Source of the DNA: Haloferula sp.
GTDB lineage: Bacteria; Verrucomicrobiota; Verrucomicrobiia; Verrucomicrobiales; Akkermansiaceae
Direction: 5' to 3'
DNA length: 64,000 nucleotides
Assembly: GCA_044372775.1 (NCBI GenBank)
Contig: JBIPNO010000006.1
Coordinates: forward strand, 60,207-124,206
Shown here: positions 34,840-45,800 of the stretch, piece by piece
Numbering within the stretch: position 1 is the stretch's first letter
How the letters are laid out: the number at the start of each line of letters is the position of its first letter
Notes under the pieces: generated by a model
Databases searched by the model: none
Seen by the model: the letters and a program-made list of their open reading frames with translations, nothing else
Told to the model about the DNA's origin: nothing
Program-made: the position numbers and the translations under genes

Positions 34840-35100
34840 TCAAACGCCGCCGAGCACCTTCTCCGCTTTCTTGACGGTCACGTTGCTGAGGCGGCCGTTC
34901 ACGCGTTTGGCCCCGTCCAGCAGGGTTTTCAGGTCCGCGAGGGTGGCTTCCGCCACTTCCAGAGCCTTTCTTCCTCCTCCATACTGTTTGTCGGAGAAGT
35001 ATTTCGTGAACGTCACACCGCCGCGGCTGAGGCACAAGCGCCAGCCTTGGAAGGCGGTGTTTTCGTAGGTAAATCGAGTCAGGTTGCGCTTCGATTTCAT
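34840..35100 (-). CDS. Small basic protein resembling a stand-alone AP2-like DNA-binding domain (alternative start 35142)
   Basis: RNLTRFTYENTAFQGWRLCLSRGGVTFTKYFSDKQYGGGRKALEVA; W...K.FS...YG...AL pattern recalled from bacterial AP2 domains. Confidence 0.55.
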   Translation of the reverse strand: MKSKRNLTRFTYENTAFQGWRLCLSRGGVTFTKYFSDKQYGGGRKALEVAEATLADLKTLLDGAKRVNGRLSNVTVKKAEKVLGGV

Positions 35101-35381
35101 GGAGGGGGCATTTTCGAGAGCATTCATTTGGGAAGATGCCACGGGATCAGCCTCATGGCCACTCGATTTTTGTTTGGGAAATGTTAGAGACCGCCCGGAA
35201 GCCCCTGTTTCAAGGGATTTCAGGCCACTTCATCGCCCGAAAAAATTCGTTGCCAAGGTCCGGACGATCCCGTTAAGTCCCCGCCCCGCGAGCCCCGCAA
35301 AGCCGCCGTCGGTCCTCCAGACACCCCGCGAGAGCGAGGTGCCACGCTCGCAGGAGGGAAACCCGGCTACTGAAATACCGC

Positions 35382-36464
35382 ATGTCCGCTACCAAACTCG
35401 CTCGATTCGAGCTCCCGAACCGCCTCGTCAAACACGAGGACACCGCCACCGAGACCTTCGCCCAGTTCACCGCCGAGCCTTTCGAGCGCGGCTACGGGCA
35501 CACCCTCGGCAACTCGCTCCGCCGCGTTTTGCTCGGCTCCCTCGAAGGTGCCGCCATCACTTCGGTCCGCATCGCCGGCGTGCAGCATGAATTTTCCAGC
35601 CTCCCCGGCGTGGTCGAAGATGTCACCGACATCGTCCTGAACCTGAAGAAGGTGAAGTTCCTCCACCACGACAAGGAGCCCCGCATCCTCACGATCAAGG
35701 TCGAGAAGGAAGGCGTCGTCACCGCCGGCGACATCCAGGGCGACAACATTTACGACGTGGTCAACAAGGACCAGGTCATCTGCACCCTCGACAAGAAGGT
35801 GAAGTTCGACTGCGAGTTCGAAGTCCGCGTCGGCCGCGGCTTCTTCACCGGCGACGAGAACAAGCGCAAGGACCAGCCGATCGGCGTCATCGCCATCGAC
35901 TCGATCTTCTCGCCCGTCACCCGCGTCAAATACGCCGTCGACACCACCCGCGTCGGCCAGATGACCGACTACGACAAACTGGTGCTCGACATCTGGACCG
36001 ACGGCCGGATCACCCCGCAGGACGCGCTCCTCCAGGCCTCCGCCATCCTCCGCCATCACCTGGACGTGTTCGTCAACTACGACGAGAACGCCGTGGACTT
36101 CGAGGAAGCACCGACCGAATCCAACGAGGAGAACGCCGCCCTCAAGAAGCTTCTCAACATGTCGGTCAACGAAATCGAACTCTCGGTTCGTGCCGCCAAC
36201 TGCCTCAACAACGCGAACATCACCTCCGTCGGCCAGTTGGCCCTCAAGTCGGAGGCCGAGATGCTCAAGTACCGCAACTTCGGCAAGAAGTCGCTCAACG
36301 AGATCAAGGACAAGCTTTCCGAACTCGGCCTCGGCCTCGGAATGTCCCTCGATCCATCGCTCCTCTCGGGCCCGGCTCCGGCCGTGCGCGGACCGCGCCT
36401 CGGCGTGGAGGACGATGCTCCGGTGGGCCTTGCCGACCTGATCGCCCAGAACCTCGACGACTAA
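35382..36464 (+). CDS. rpoA: RNA polymerase alpha subunit
   Basis: EPFERGYGHTLGNSLRRVLL, HEFSSLPGVVEDV, IAIDSIFSPV, ELSVRAANCL, RNFGKKSLNEIK. Confidence 0.98.
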   Translation: MSATKLARFELPNRLVKHEDTATETFAQFTAEPFERGYGHTLGNSLRRVLLGSLEGAAITSVRIAGVQHEFSSLPGVVEDVTDIVLNLKKVKFLHHDKEPRILTIKVEKEGVVTAGDIQGDNIYDVVNKDQVICTLDKKVKFDCEFEVRVGRGFFTGDENKRKDQPIGVIAIDSIFSPVTRVKYAVDTTRVGQMTDYDKLVLDIWTDGRITPQDALLQASAILRHHLDVFVNYDENAVDFEEAPTESNEENAALKKLLNMSVNEIELSVRAANCLNNANITSVGQLALKSEAEMLKYRNFGKKSLNEIKDKLSELGLGLGMSLDPSLLSGPAPAVRGPRLGVEDDAPVGLADLIAQNLDD

Positions 36465-36485
36465 TTAAGAAAGGGACCGCACCCG

Positions 36486-36986
36486 ATGAGACATCGACGC
36501 AACACCACCAAGCTCAAGCGCACCGCCGCCCACCGGCGCTCGCTGCTTGCCAACCTCGCCTGCAGCCTGATCGAACATGGTCGCATCCGCACCACGCTCG
36601 CCAAGGCCAAGGCCCTCCGCCCGGTCGCCGAGAAGATGATCGGCCTCGGCAAGCGTGGAGACCTCCACGCCCGCCGTCAGGCTGTCGCCTTCCTTCGCCA
36701 GAAGGACATCGCCAAGAAGCTTTTCGACGAAGTCGCCCCGCTGTCGAAAGACCGCCCGGGTGGCTACTGCCGGATCACCAAGCTCGGCGCCCGCATGACC
36801 GACTCCGCCTCGATGGCCATCATCGAGTGGGTCGACCAGCCGGCTGAAACCGAAGCCGTGGACACCGAAGCAACCGCGGCCGCCGAGCCGGTGGTTGCCG
36901 AGGAAGCTCCTGCTGCCGAAGAGCCCAAGCCCGCCAAGAAGAAGGCGACCAAGAAGGCCAAGGAAGAAGTCGCTGAAGCCGAGTAA
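36486..36986 (+). CDS. rplQ: 50S ribosomal protein L17 with an Ala/Glu/Lys-rich tail
   Basis: [43 protein letters not shown]. Confidence 0.97.
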   Translation: MRHRRNTTKLKRTAAHRRSLLANLACSLIEHGRIRTTLAKAKALRPVAEKMIGLGKRGDLHARRQAVAFLRQKDIAKKLFDEVAPLSKDRPGGYCRITKLGARMTDSASMAIIEWVDQPAETEAVDTEATAAAEPVVAEEAPAAEEPKPAKKKATKKAKEEVAEAE

Positions 36987-37015
36987 TCGCTTCCCCGATC
37001 CAACGTTTCTGAAAG

Positions 37016-37048
37016 CACCCGCCGGAGCGATCCGGCGGGTGTTTTGTT
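37016..37048 (+). terminator. Rho-independent terminator after rplQ
   Basis: CACCCGCCGGA-GCGA-TCCGGCGGGTG followed by TTTTGTT. Confidence 0.9.
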
Positions 37049-37049
37049 A

Positions 37050-38117
37050 TCAATAGTCCGCCACCGGCGAGTTCGGTAGGGTGGCGCCGGCTTCGGGGAC
37101 TTTTGCGGCCAGTTCGGCGATCTCCTCGTTGAGCTTGTCCCATTTCGCGGGGTCCCACTTCAGCGGGGCCTGGAGCTTCTTGCGGAAGCGCTTCAGGCGC
37201 TTTTCCACGTCGGCGACGAGGAAGGGCGAGAGCTCGCCGAGCCGGGCAGCGGCGTCTTCGGCGCGTTCGGTGCGGTGGCAGATCATGGCGAGGTCGTTGC
37301 CGGCCTCGATCGCGGCGACGACGTCGCTGTTGTCGGGGTAGCGGTCGGCGATGGCTCCCATGTCGAGGTCGTCCGTGAGGACGAGGTGCTGGTCGAAGCC
37401 GAGTTGATCGCGGAGGAAACCGGTGATCATCCGTTTCGACAGGGACGACGGGCGTTCGGGGTCGATGGCGGGAAACAGCACGTGGGCCAGCATCACGGCA
37501 TCGAACTCCGGCATCAGCGCGGTGTAGGGGATGATGTCCTCTTTCAGGAGGTCGGTGATGGTCGCGTCGCTGCTGGGCAGGTCGAAGTGGGGATCGGACA
37601 GCGCGCGCCCGCAGGCTGGGAAATGCTTGGCGCAGGAAAGGATGCCACGTTTCCGCATCCAGCGGTTCCACTGGCCGGCGTGGTCGATGACCTTTTGCGG
37701 ATCGCGGCCCCAGCAGCGACCGCGGAGGGAATTCTGGAGTTTCGGATGGTGGTCGAGGTCGAGCACCGGGGCGAAGTTCAGGTTGAAGCCAAGCAGGCGG
37801 AGCTGGTCGCCGGTCAGCACGCCGCCGCGGGCGGAGAGCAGCGGGTCGTCTTTCGCGGCGAAGGCATTGGCCGAGGGCAGGGACGGGGCGATGTCCTTGG
37901 TGCGGGTGACCCGGCCGCCCTCCTGGTCGATCGCGAGGATCGGCTCGTCGAGGCAGAGCTGCCGCAGACCGTCGGTGAGTTGGCGCGTTTGTTCCGCCGA
38001 GGCGATGTTCCGGCCGAAGAGGATGAAGCCGGCCGGTTGGAGCTTGCGGAACATGGCCGCTTCGTCCGGAGTGATTTCCGGACCGCGGACGCCGAGCAGG
38101 AGCAGTTGGCCGTTCAT
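37050..38117 (-). CDS. nagZ: GH3 beta-N-acetylhexosaminidase
   Basis: GFILFGRN, AIDQEGGRV, NFAPVLDL, KHFPACG...DPH, TDDLDMGA. Confidence 0.85.
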   Translation of the reverse strand: MNGQLLLLGVRGPEITPDEAAMFRKLQPAGFILFGRNIASAEQTRQLTDGLRQLCLDEPILAIDQEGGRVTRTKDIAPSLPSANAFAAKDDPLLSARGGVLTGDQLRLLGFNLNFAPVLDLDHHPKLQNSLRGRCWGRDPQKVIDHAGQWNRWMRKRGILSCAKHFPACGRALSDPHFDLPSSDATITDLLKEDIIPYTALMPEFDAVMLAHVLFPAIDPERPSSLSKRMITGFLRDQLGFDQHLVLTDDLDMGAIADRYPDNSDVVAAIEAGNDLAMICHRTERAEDAAARLGELSPFLVADVEKRLKRFRKKLQAPLKWDPAKWDKLNEEIAELAAKVPEAGATLPNSPVADY

Positions 38118-38157
38118 GGCGGCAGTGTGAAGCCAGAGACGCCGGTGAAAAGCCGGA

Positions 38158-39753
38158 TCAATCGGCCGCGCCGACCTTCAGGTCGCTGAAGCAGGCGTGG
38201 GTGTCGACCACGCGGAGTCCGACGCTGCCACGGGGGTAGGTGGCGTCGCGGGCTTGCAGCACTTCCTTGCCGTCGACCGAGACCACGAAGCGGTCCCCGC
38301 GGGCGCGGATGCCGAGGAGCAGCGGACGGGTCTTGTCGACTGCTAGATCGGCGCGGGCGATCTCCTTCCAGGATTTGCCGTCGGTCTTGCCGAAGATCAC
38401 GCGCTTGTCGTCCGGGAGGATCCCGGCGAAGTAGCCGTGCTGGGCATCGAAGCCGACGGCGTGCTTCGTCACTCGCACCAGCAGGCCGGCATCGCGGCCG
38501 CCCTCGACAAATCGGATCTTCACCGAGGCGTCGAGGTTCGCGATGTCGCCGCCGTCGAGCACCAGCTTCTCGCCGCTGCGGTAGTCGTTCACCGGATGGG
38601 CGGGCACGGTGCCGAGGTGGACGCCGTCCTTCTCCGCCGCGAGGAACTGCTGGTGGCCGAAGTACGAAAAGCCTCGTAGATCGGCCGGATCCTGAAGGCC
38701 GCGGCTGACGGGAAGTGCCGCGGCGGGGACCGTCTCGCCTTTCGGCCGAGGCATCGCCTGGCCGGCCTGGACCGGCGTGCCGAAGTCGGGGAAGCCGTCC
38801 GCCTTGAAATTCACCGGCTGCAGGAAAACCGCGCGCCGCCATCCGTCGCGGGCATCGACCTTGGCGTGGAAGACATGCCACATCTCCGATCCGTCGGGCG
38901 CGGGGACGAAGGTGCTGTGGCCCACGCCGATGGTCTTGCCGCCGGACTGGAAGACCGGCTTGGGGTGCTTGGTCCATGACGCGGGATCGAGCGGATCGGT
39001 GCCGGTCAGCTCTAACAGCCCCAGCTTGTAGGTGTCCTTCCACGACGCGCCGCAGGAGTAGGTGACGAAGGTGCGGTCGCCGCGCTTGAGCACCTGCGGG
39101 CCCTCGTTGAGGCCGCGTGATTCCGCGTTCTCATCGGTGCGCTCCCAGAGGTGGGTGGCGTTGTCGCACAGCAGCGTGCGCGGGGCGGCGAGCTTCAGCG
39201 GGCTGGCCATCGGGGCGATGTAGAGGAACTGCCTGTCGGTGCCCGGCTTGTCCCAGCCGGACCAGAGGGCGTAGCGCTTGCCGCCGTGGTCCAGCACCGT
39301 CATGTCGATGGCCCAGAGGTTCGGTGATTTCCCGTACGCACCGTCGCCGGTGGCGAAAGGTCCGTGGAGCTGGTAGGGTCCGAGCGGATCTCCGCCGGCG
39401 GATTCCAGCGCGTAGGCGAGGTGGTTCTCGTTCCTGCCGTCGGACGCGGCGAAGTAGATGTACCATTTCCCGTCGAGCCGGTGCATCTCGGGCGCCCACA
39501 CCTCCTTGGAAAAGGGTCCGCTTTCCGGGGCCTGCCAGACGACATGGCGGGTGCCGATCGAGGTCAGCCGGTCGGAGAGCCAGACGGAAATCCCGCGGTT
39601 TCCTTCGGAGAAGCACCAGACGTAGCGGCCTTCGTGGAAGGACACCCAGGGATCCGCACCCTCGGCGATCGGATTGACGAACTCGACCGCGCGGGCCGGC
39701 GTGGCGAAAAGCGCGATCAGCCCGAAGGACGCGGCGGCGAAGAGTGGCTTCAT
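38158..39753 (-). CDS. Secreted GH43 glycoside hydrolase (probable arabinofuranosidase) with a C-terminal beta-sandwich
   Basis: ATG 39753 MKPLFAAASFGLIALF; GADPW, EVWAPEMH, WAIDMTV, LNEGP, GVGHSTF. Confidence 0.85.
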   Translation of the reverse strand: MKPLFAAASFGLIALFATPARAVEFVNPIAEGADPWVSFHEGRYVWCFSEGNRGISVWLSDRLTSIGTRHVVWQAPESGPFSKEVWAPEMHRLDGKWYIYFAASDGRNENHLAYALESAGGDPLGPYQLHGPFATGDGAYGKSPNLWAIDMTVLDHGGKRYALWSGWDKPGTDRQFLYIAPMASPLKLAAPRTLLCDNATHLWERTDENAESRGLNEGPQVLKRGDRTFVTYSCGASWKDTYKLGLLELTGTDPLDPASWTKHPKPVFQSGGKTIGVGHSTFVPAPDGSEMWHVFHAKVDARDGWRRAVFLQPVNFKADGFPDFGTPVQAGQAMPRPKGETVPAAALPVSRGLQDPADLRGFSYFGHQQFLAAEKDGVHLGTVPAHPVNDYRSGEKLVLDGGDIANLDASVKIRFVEGGRDAGLLVRVTKHAVGFDAQHGYFAGILPDDKRVIFGKTDGKSWKEIARADLAVDKTRPLLLGIRARGDRFVVSVDGKEVLQARDATYPRGSVGLRVVDTHACFSDLKVGAAD

Positions 39754-39817
39754 GCCCACGATCCCAACCAAGCCCGGCCGCAGCGGCCAGCGGCAAGTGC
39801 GTTCCCGGTCGCCTGGA

Positions 39818-41125
39818 TCACTGCTGGCGCTGCTGGATTTCCTGAATCCGGCCCTGGAGACGCTCCTGCACGTTCTCCGGCAGGGCATTGCCGTTGATCC
39901 AGGTGGACGCGGCGTTGAAATCCCGGCGCAGCCAGCCATCGAGCATGCGGCCATACATCTGCTCCTGTTCGCGCGGGTCGGCGATCTTGCCGATGTAGCT
40001 GGCGGCGATGTCCGGCGCTTCGCCGAAGGAGTGCCAGACGAACTGCTGGTAAACGCGGTCGTTGGCGTCGGCCGCATTGGCATCGAGGAAATCCGCGGCC
40101 GCCCGCGGGTCTTCCATCGCCATGCTGTTGGCCACGCCGCGCAGGGCATTGGTTCGGATGTCACCGGCGGGGAGGCCCTGGTAGTAGGCGACCGCGCTGT
40201 CCTTGTCGGTTTCCATCCAGGCGGAAATCACGTTGTCCATCGAGCGGTCGGCCGCTTCGCCCGGATTGCGGGCCAGCCAGTCGGCGGTGCCGGCCGGGTC
40301 TTTCGTCGCCATCGCCTCGGCGACGCGGGCGATCGCGCCCTGCTTCAAAGCATCGTCGGTGATGCCCTCCGCCCACAACTTGGCCGCATCGTTACCTTGG
40401 GCGAGGATGCTCGGCAGCAGAACGCTCAAGGCTTCCCCGCGCTCCTCGGAATAGGGCATGCCGGCCAGAAGCTGCGAGGCGCGGGCCGGGTCGCTGGAGG
40501 CCAGGCCCTGGATGATGCCGATCATCCACGGGTTGCCTTCGCCTTCCTTGGCCTCGTGATTTTGCTCCGCCCACTGGATCGCGCCGGCGGGATCGTAGCT
40601 GGCCCAGGTGCTGAGAATGGTGGTGCGGGCGAAACGGTTGCCGGTGTTTGCCTGGGCGTAGGCGAGGGCTTGCAGCGGGTCCTTCTTGCCCCACGCGCTG
40701 AGCAGCATGGCGTATTCGGTCATCCGCGATTCGGTCATGCCGAGCGAGCGGAAGGAGGCGACCACGGACTCGAACTCCGACGGGTCGACCGAATTGACGA
40801 AGTCGAGCCAGGCCTGGGTCCGCGCGATCGGATCGGTGTTCCGCATCAGCTCCTCCATTTTCGCCAGAGCCTCGGCGCCCTTGGTGGCTTTCGGGGCCTT
40901 ATCCCGGAGTCCGGCGCGGTCGGTGAGCCGCCGCGAAGAGGTGCCGGAGCCGTCCCCCGCCTCCGTGCCCCGCGCTGAGACCTTGGCGGGCAGGCTCGAA
41001 TCCGGTCCACCGCCGGTTCCATCGGTCGCGGCGGAGGGCGCGGTCATGCGGCCGGCGAAGAAGGCTCCGGCGCTGGCGACGGCGATCGCGCCGGCCATGG
41101 TGAGGGTGCGGTTGGACGAGCTCAT
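39818..41125 (-). CDS. Membrane-anchored hypothetical protein with helical repeats (DP..A..WA motifs)
   Basis: N-terminal TM AGAFFAGR, low-complexity linker, repeated WGKKDPLQALAYA / WASYDPAGAIQWA / KDPAGTADWL. Confidence 0.75.
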   Translation of the reverse strand: MSSSNRTLTMAGAIAVASAGAFFAGRMTAPSAATDGTGGGPDSSLPAKVSARGTEAGDGSGTSSRRLTDRAGLRDKAPKATKGAEALAKMEELMRNTDPIARTQAWLDFVNSVDPSEFESVVASFRSLGMTESRMTEYAMLLSAWGKKDPLQALAYAQANTGNRFARTTILSTWASYDPAGAIQWAEQNHEAKEGEGNPWMIGIIQGLASSDPARASQLLAGMPYSEERGEALSVLLPSILAQGNDAAKLWAEGITDDALKQGAIARVAEAMATKDPAGTADWLARNPGEAADRSMDNVISAWMETDKDSAVAYYQGLPAGDIRTNALRGVANSMAMEDPRAAADFLDANAADANDRVYQQFVWHSFGEAPDIAASYIGKIADPREQEQMYGRMLDGWLRRDFNAASTWINGNALPENVQERLQGRIQEIQQRQQ

Positions 41126-41228
41126 GGGAAGATGGGGTGCGGGTGAAGCGCCGCCGGGGGCGCGATTCGTTCAGTTCGAGGGAGATCTAGTCACCCGGCC
41201 CGGCCGGCTTTTCAAGCGGCGATTCTTG

Positions 41229-42542
41229 TCAGCGGACGCGGGTGCCCGACGGGTGGACGATGATCCGGGCCTGAGGGTTGTCCCTCAAATAGGCGAAGGC
41301 CCAGCCGAGCAGCACCGCCAGCCGGTTGCGGAAGCCGATCAGGAAGGCGATGTGGATGAACAGCCAGGCGGCCCAAGCGAGCAAACCGCGCAGCTTCATC
41401 CTGCCGGCTTTCACCACGGCGAAGTTCTTGCCGATGATGGCCATGATGCCCTTGTCGAGATAGCGGAAGCGCGGCCGGAGCTCGTGCTTGCGGTCGGCGA
41501 AGCGGGTTCCTTCGAGTCGCTTTTCCTCCTTCAGGAGTTTCGCCACGTGGCGCCCCATCTGGGTGGCGGCGGGCGCGACTCCGGGCACCGGCTTGTCATC
41601 GGCGTCCTTCATGCGGACCAGGTCGCCGGCGACGAAGATGTCCGGCAAGCCCGGCAGTGAAAGGTCGGCGAGCGGGGCCAGCCGGCCACCGCGGTCGGCC
41701 AGCGGCACGCCGAGCATCGCGGTCAGCGGCTGGGCCTCGACCCCGGCCGCCCAGATAATGGCCCGGGCTTCGAGCTGGGTGCCGTCGGTGAAATGCAGCG
41801 CGCCCTCGCGGACCTCGTCGACCCGCATGCCGGTCCACACCTCCACGCCCAGCGACTTCAAGCGCTGGCGGGCGTATTCGCTCTGGTCCTCGTCGAAGGC
41901 TTCCAGCACCCGGGCCGATCCTTCGATCAGCACGACGCGCAACTTCGAGGTGTCGATCCGCCGGAAATTCGTCCGCAGCGAGCGATGAATCAGGTCCGCG
42001 AAGGCGCCGGAGAGTTCCACGCCGGTCGGTCCGCCACCGACGATCGCGATGGTCATCAGCCGCGTCCGCTCGGCCTCGTCGGTCGTCAGCTCCGCCTTTT
42101 CAAGATTCGACAGCACGTTGCGGCGGATCGCCTGGGCATCGGCCAGCGATTTCAAGCCGAGCGTGTGCTGTTCCCACTCGGCCTTGCCGAAGAACGAGGT
42201 CCGTGCGCCGGCGGCGAGCAGCAGGTAGTCGAAGTCGTAGCGGGTGCCGGACTTGCCGCTGGCGTACTTGGCGGTGGCGTCGATGCCGGTGATCTCGTCC
42301 ATCAGCACCGTCACGTTCGGCGCGTCGGCCAGGATCTGGCGGATGGAGCGGGCGATGTCGGGCGCGGCGAGCGAGGCGGTGGCGACCTGATAGAGCAGCG
42401 GCTGGAACAGGTGGTGGTTCGTGCGGTCCACCAGGGTCACTTCAAAGCGGGAGTCGCCGGACAGGGTGCGTGCGCATTCGAGGCCCGCGAAGCCTCCGCC
42501 GATGATCAGGACGCGGCTGGCGCTTGCAGGACGGGATGCCAT
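41229..42542 (-). CDS. ndh: Type II NADH:quinone oxidoreductase
   Basis: IIGGGFAG, HHLFQPLLYQVAT, IVGGGPTGVELSG, FVAGD, VAPAATQMG, FRYLDKGIMAIIG. Confidence 0.9.
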   Translation of the reverse strand: MASRPASASRVLIIGGGFAGLECARTLSGDSRFEVTLVDRTNHHLFQPLLYQVATASLAAPDIARSIRQILADAPNVTVLMDEITGIDATAKYASGKSGTRYDFDYLLLAAGARTSFFGKAEWEQHTLGLKSLADAQAIRRNVLSNLEKAELTTDEAERTRLMTIAIVGGGPTGVELSGAFADLIHRSLRTNFRRIDTSKLRVVLIEGSARVLEAFDEDQSEYARQRLKSLGVEVWTGMRVDEVREGALHFTDGTQLEARAIIWAAGVEAQPLTAMLGVPLADRGGRLAPLADLSLPGLPDIFVAGDLVRMKDADDKPVPGVAPAATQMGRHVAKLLKEEKRLEGTRFADRKHELRPRFRYLDKGIMAIIGKNFAVVKAGRMKLRGLLAWAAWLFIHIAFLIGFRNRLAVLLGWAFAYLRDNPQARIIVHPSGTRVR

Positions 42543-42887
42543 GTCAGGAGGGTCGCAGATCCCTGCTGAAACTCAAACCGAGCTTGTGAAAAATTTCACA
42601 AGCTTTCGCGGCGGGGATTCGCGCCCCACGGACTCCAGCGGCGGGGGGCAACCCGGGGAATCACCAAAACGCAGGATTCGGGGAACTAGCGCCCCGTTCA
42701 TCCGCCTGTTGTATTGACAATGGGTCTACACAAGGGACCCTTCCGGAACCGTTGGTCACGTCCCGCCGACGCTTCGTTGGCCGCAATGAATCCAGCGAAT
42801 GAAGGTGAAACCCACATCGAAGCGCTCCGGGACTTTTCGTCCGCAGGTTGGAGACTGCCCGCAGACCAGCTCTCAAAAAACCTCATC

Positions 42888-45800
42888 ATGAAAATCCGAT
42901 TGCATCCGAAACTTGTCGCTTGGCGCCAGGCTGGCGGTTTTGCCCTCGTGATCACGCTCACCCTGATGGTGCTGCTTACCTTGGTCGCGGTCGGCTTGCT
43001 TACCTTGTCGTCGATCACCCTGCGAGCCACCGGCCAGGGTGAAGCGATGGCCCTTGCCCGCAGCAACGCCCGGCTGGCCCTGATGCTGGCGCTGGGCGAA
43101 TTGCAGAAGCACGCCGGTCCCGACAAGAAGGTGACCGCTCCCTGCGAACTCCTTCGGCAGACGCCGAACATGCCGCGGTTGACGGGTGTCTGGGATTCCT
43201 GGGACGCCATCTCGTCCGCCTCTGCTTCAAGCCCGGATTACGACGGGAAGAAAAGGGACCTGTTCCGGTCCTGGCTGGTATCGGATGCCGAGCCGGAGGC
43301 CGTGCGGAACCGTGAATACGACGGCCCCCAGGGCGACACGATCCGGCTGGTGGGCCCCGGCACCCTCGGCATCGGATCGCCGGCTCCAGCGGACATGATC
43401 CTCGCCGGAAAAGTGCCGGTCGCTCGAAATGGAAAGGCGGACGGCGCCTACGCGTGGCATGTTGCGGACGAATCAATCAAGGCGCGCATCAACGCCTACC
43501 GGGATCCCTCCCAAAATCAGGAACCCTGGCAGAAGTCCGCACTCCTCGCCGGTCACCGGCCGGATGCTTCCGCAATCAGCGCTGCGGATGGGTCCGGACT
43601 TTCCTTCCTCCCCGGAGACGCCACCGCCGGCGACTTCAAGGCCTCCACCGAGCTTTCAGGCAAACTGGCCAGCTTGGACCAGTTCGAGTTGCTGCCGGAT
43701 GGCAAGCCGATCGGGCGATTCCGCCATCACGTGACCCCTTACTCTTACGGGCTGCTAGCCAACGTGCGCGAGGGAGGGCTCAAGCAGGACCTGACGTCGA
43801 TGTTCGAGATGTCCCCCACGACCTTGCCCAAGCCCTACGACAGCGCCAACGCCCGGCTCTACGAGACCACCCACAAGATCACGGGCACGTCGGATCCCTT
43901 CTGGTCCACGCTGAAGGGCTATTATGACGTTTACAAGGAGGCGACGATGAAGGCGGCCACTCCCGTCTACTACAAGGCCCCCCAGGAAACGGTCTCCCTC
44001 GCGAACGCGGCACGGGTCACCCCGCCCCGGAAATTCTACCCGGCCCCGGTGATCTCCCGCGTGGAAATGCTGTTCTCCGTGGTGGTCCGGGAGTCCCACG
44101 GTCCGTGGTCGGCCGCCAGCACCGGGCTCACCGAGCACACGCGGATGGTCCACCTGCTCTACGCGCCGGTCGTCACCCTCCACAACCCGTACAACGTCAG
44201 CCTCAAATTCGACAAGCTGGACCTCGACATCAACGGGATCCCGATCGCCTTCAATTTCATCGTAAACGGCCAGCCTCAGAACCGCGAGCCGGTATCCTAC
44301 AACCGGATGTATGTGAACCTTGCCGACCGCACCGCGAAGGCCTTCATGCTGTCCATTTCGGATTGGGGTTCCTTCGGCTCGAGCGCGCCGTCGCCGATCA
44401 CCATGAAGCCGGGCCAGAGCCTGGTTTGCGGCCCTTACATCGACGGGAACGCCATTTTCGGCAACGCGGGTCACGACGGGGCCGCGGTCTTCTTCGACTA
44501 CAGCAACAACCTCACCGGGAATGCCAACGCGCGCGCCAAGTGCAAGCCGGGCTTTCTGGGCAAACAGGTCTCGTTCGACGTCGACTGGATCACCCCGGAC
44601 AACGGTCCGTTCTCCACGGATGGCAACCGCGGGGTGCTGATCGTGAAACCGGCCGACCGCTTCTACATGGAGTACAAGATGAGGCCGAATGCCAACGACA
44701 ACGGCACCGCCACCACGGACAAGATGACCGTGTCGGCGAAGCTGACCTCCCAAGGCCGGGAAATGGAAATCGGCGGCTTGCAATTCGACTACGATACCAG
44801 CTCGATCGGCAAGAAATACCCCGACCTCTACCGCTATCCGGATGCCCGCAGCGTGCCGAACGATCTTCTCGTGGAAAACCTCTGGGAGCCCAATCTCACG
44901 CCGATCAAGAACCATGCGAAGGTGAAGTCCTTCGCCCTGCTTTCCGCCCGCGCCCGCACCGCCAACGGCGGTGTCTACGACCACGGGAGCCGGGACAAGC
45001 AGGCCCGGGGTGAGAACCTGCTCCACGACGGCAGCCTCGCGGGCGTGCCGCTGCTGCATCACAATCCGGCCAGAACCCCGACCGTCGTCGACCTCAAGAA
45101 GGATCTTCCCGGACGCTATTCGCATGAACTCAACCTCGATCCCCTCAAGGGTTCGGTGGACGACCTGTTCGACATCGATGCCTCCAACCGGGGCTACCTC
45201 CTCACGGCGAACAAGAAGCTCAAGGGAATCAAATCCGGCAGCTATCTGGAACTTCCCACCGGTCCGATGCAGACCATTGCGGACTTCCGCCGCTCCAACG
45301 CCATGACCAGCGCGCTGCTGCCGAACTTCGTCCAGCCGGTCGCCAATTCCTACCCGTCGCCCCTGATCCCGCCCGAAAAGTTCCTCCAGAGCGGCGTGGT
45401 CGCCTATCCCTTGCTCGACCACTCGGTGCTGGCCAATCACGCGCTCTACGACCGCTTCTATTTCTCGACCTTCGCCACCTACAGCAATTCCCGCACGCCG
45501 GAGAAGGTCTTCACGGGCTTCATGGACCGCAGCCAGCCGCTCGCCTCGCAGGCCTTCGAGCCCTATCTGCCGGAAGGGAAGACCGTCGATGAGGCCAAGA
45601 GCGAGCTGTTCAGCGGCGCCCGCGCTTCGGCCAATGCCCTGAACCTGGCGGCCGAATATCAGATGGTCCGCACCCCGTTCAACGTCAACTCGGTGGATGT
45701 GGAGGCATGGAAGGCCGTGCTGTCCTCGATGAGCGGCGAAACGGTGCAACTGCTGTGGGCCACCACGTCCGCCCGTGGTGAGAAGGAGGGACAGTCCATC

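Noticed and set aside
39754-40164. N-terminal extension of the GH43 ORF in the track
   Set aside because: Overlaps the upstream real gene and is compositionally noise; a signal peptide starts at ATG 39753. Track starts at 4675, 10809, 19576, 29511, 30482, 31006, 42714 and 63923 were trimmed for the same reason.
42760-42870. Possible c-di-GMP-I riboswitch upstream of the giant pilin (GGTGAAACC...GGGAC)
   Set aside because: Only loose resemblance; the GCAAA junction, GAAA tetraloop stem and P3 receptor could not be built. An Infernal search with RF01051 would settle it.
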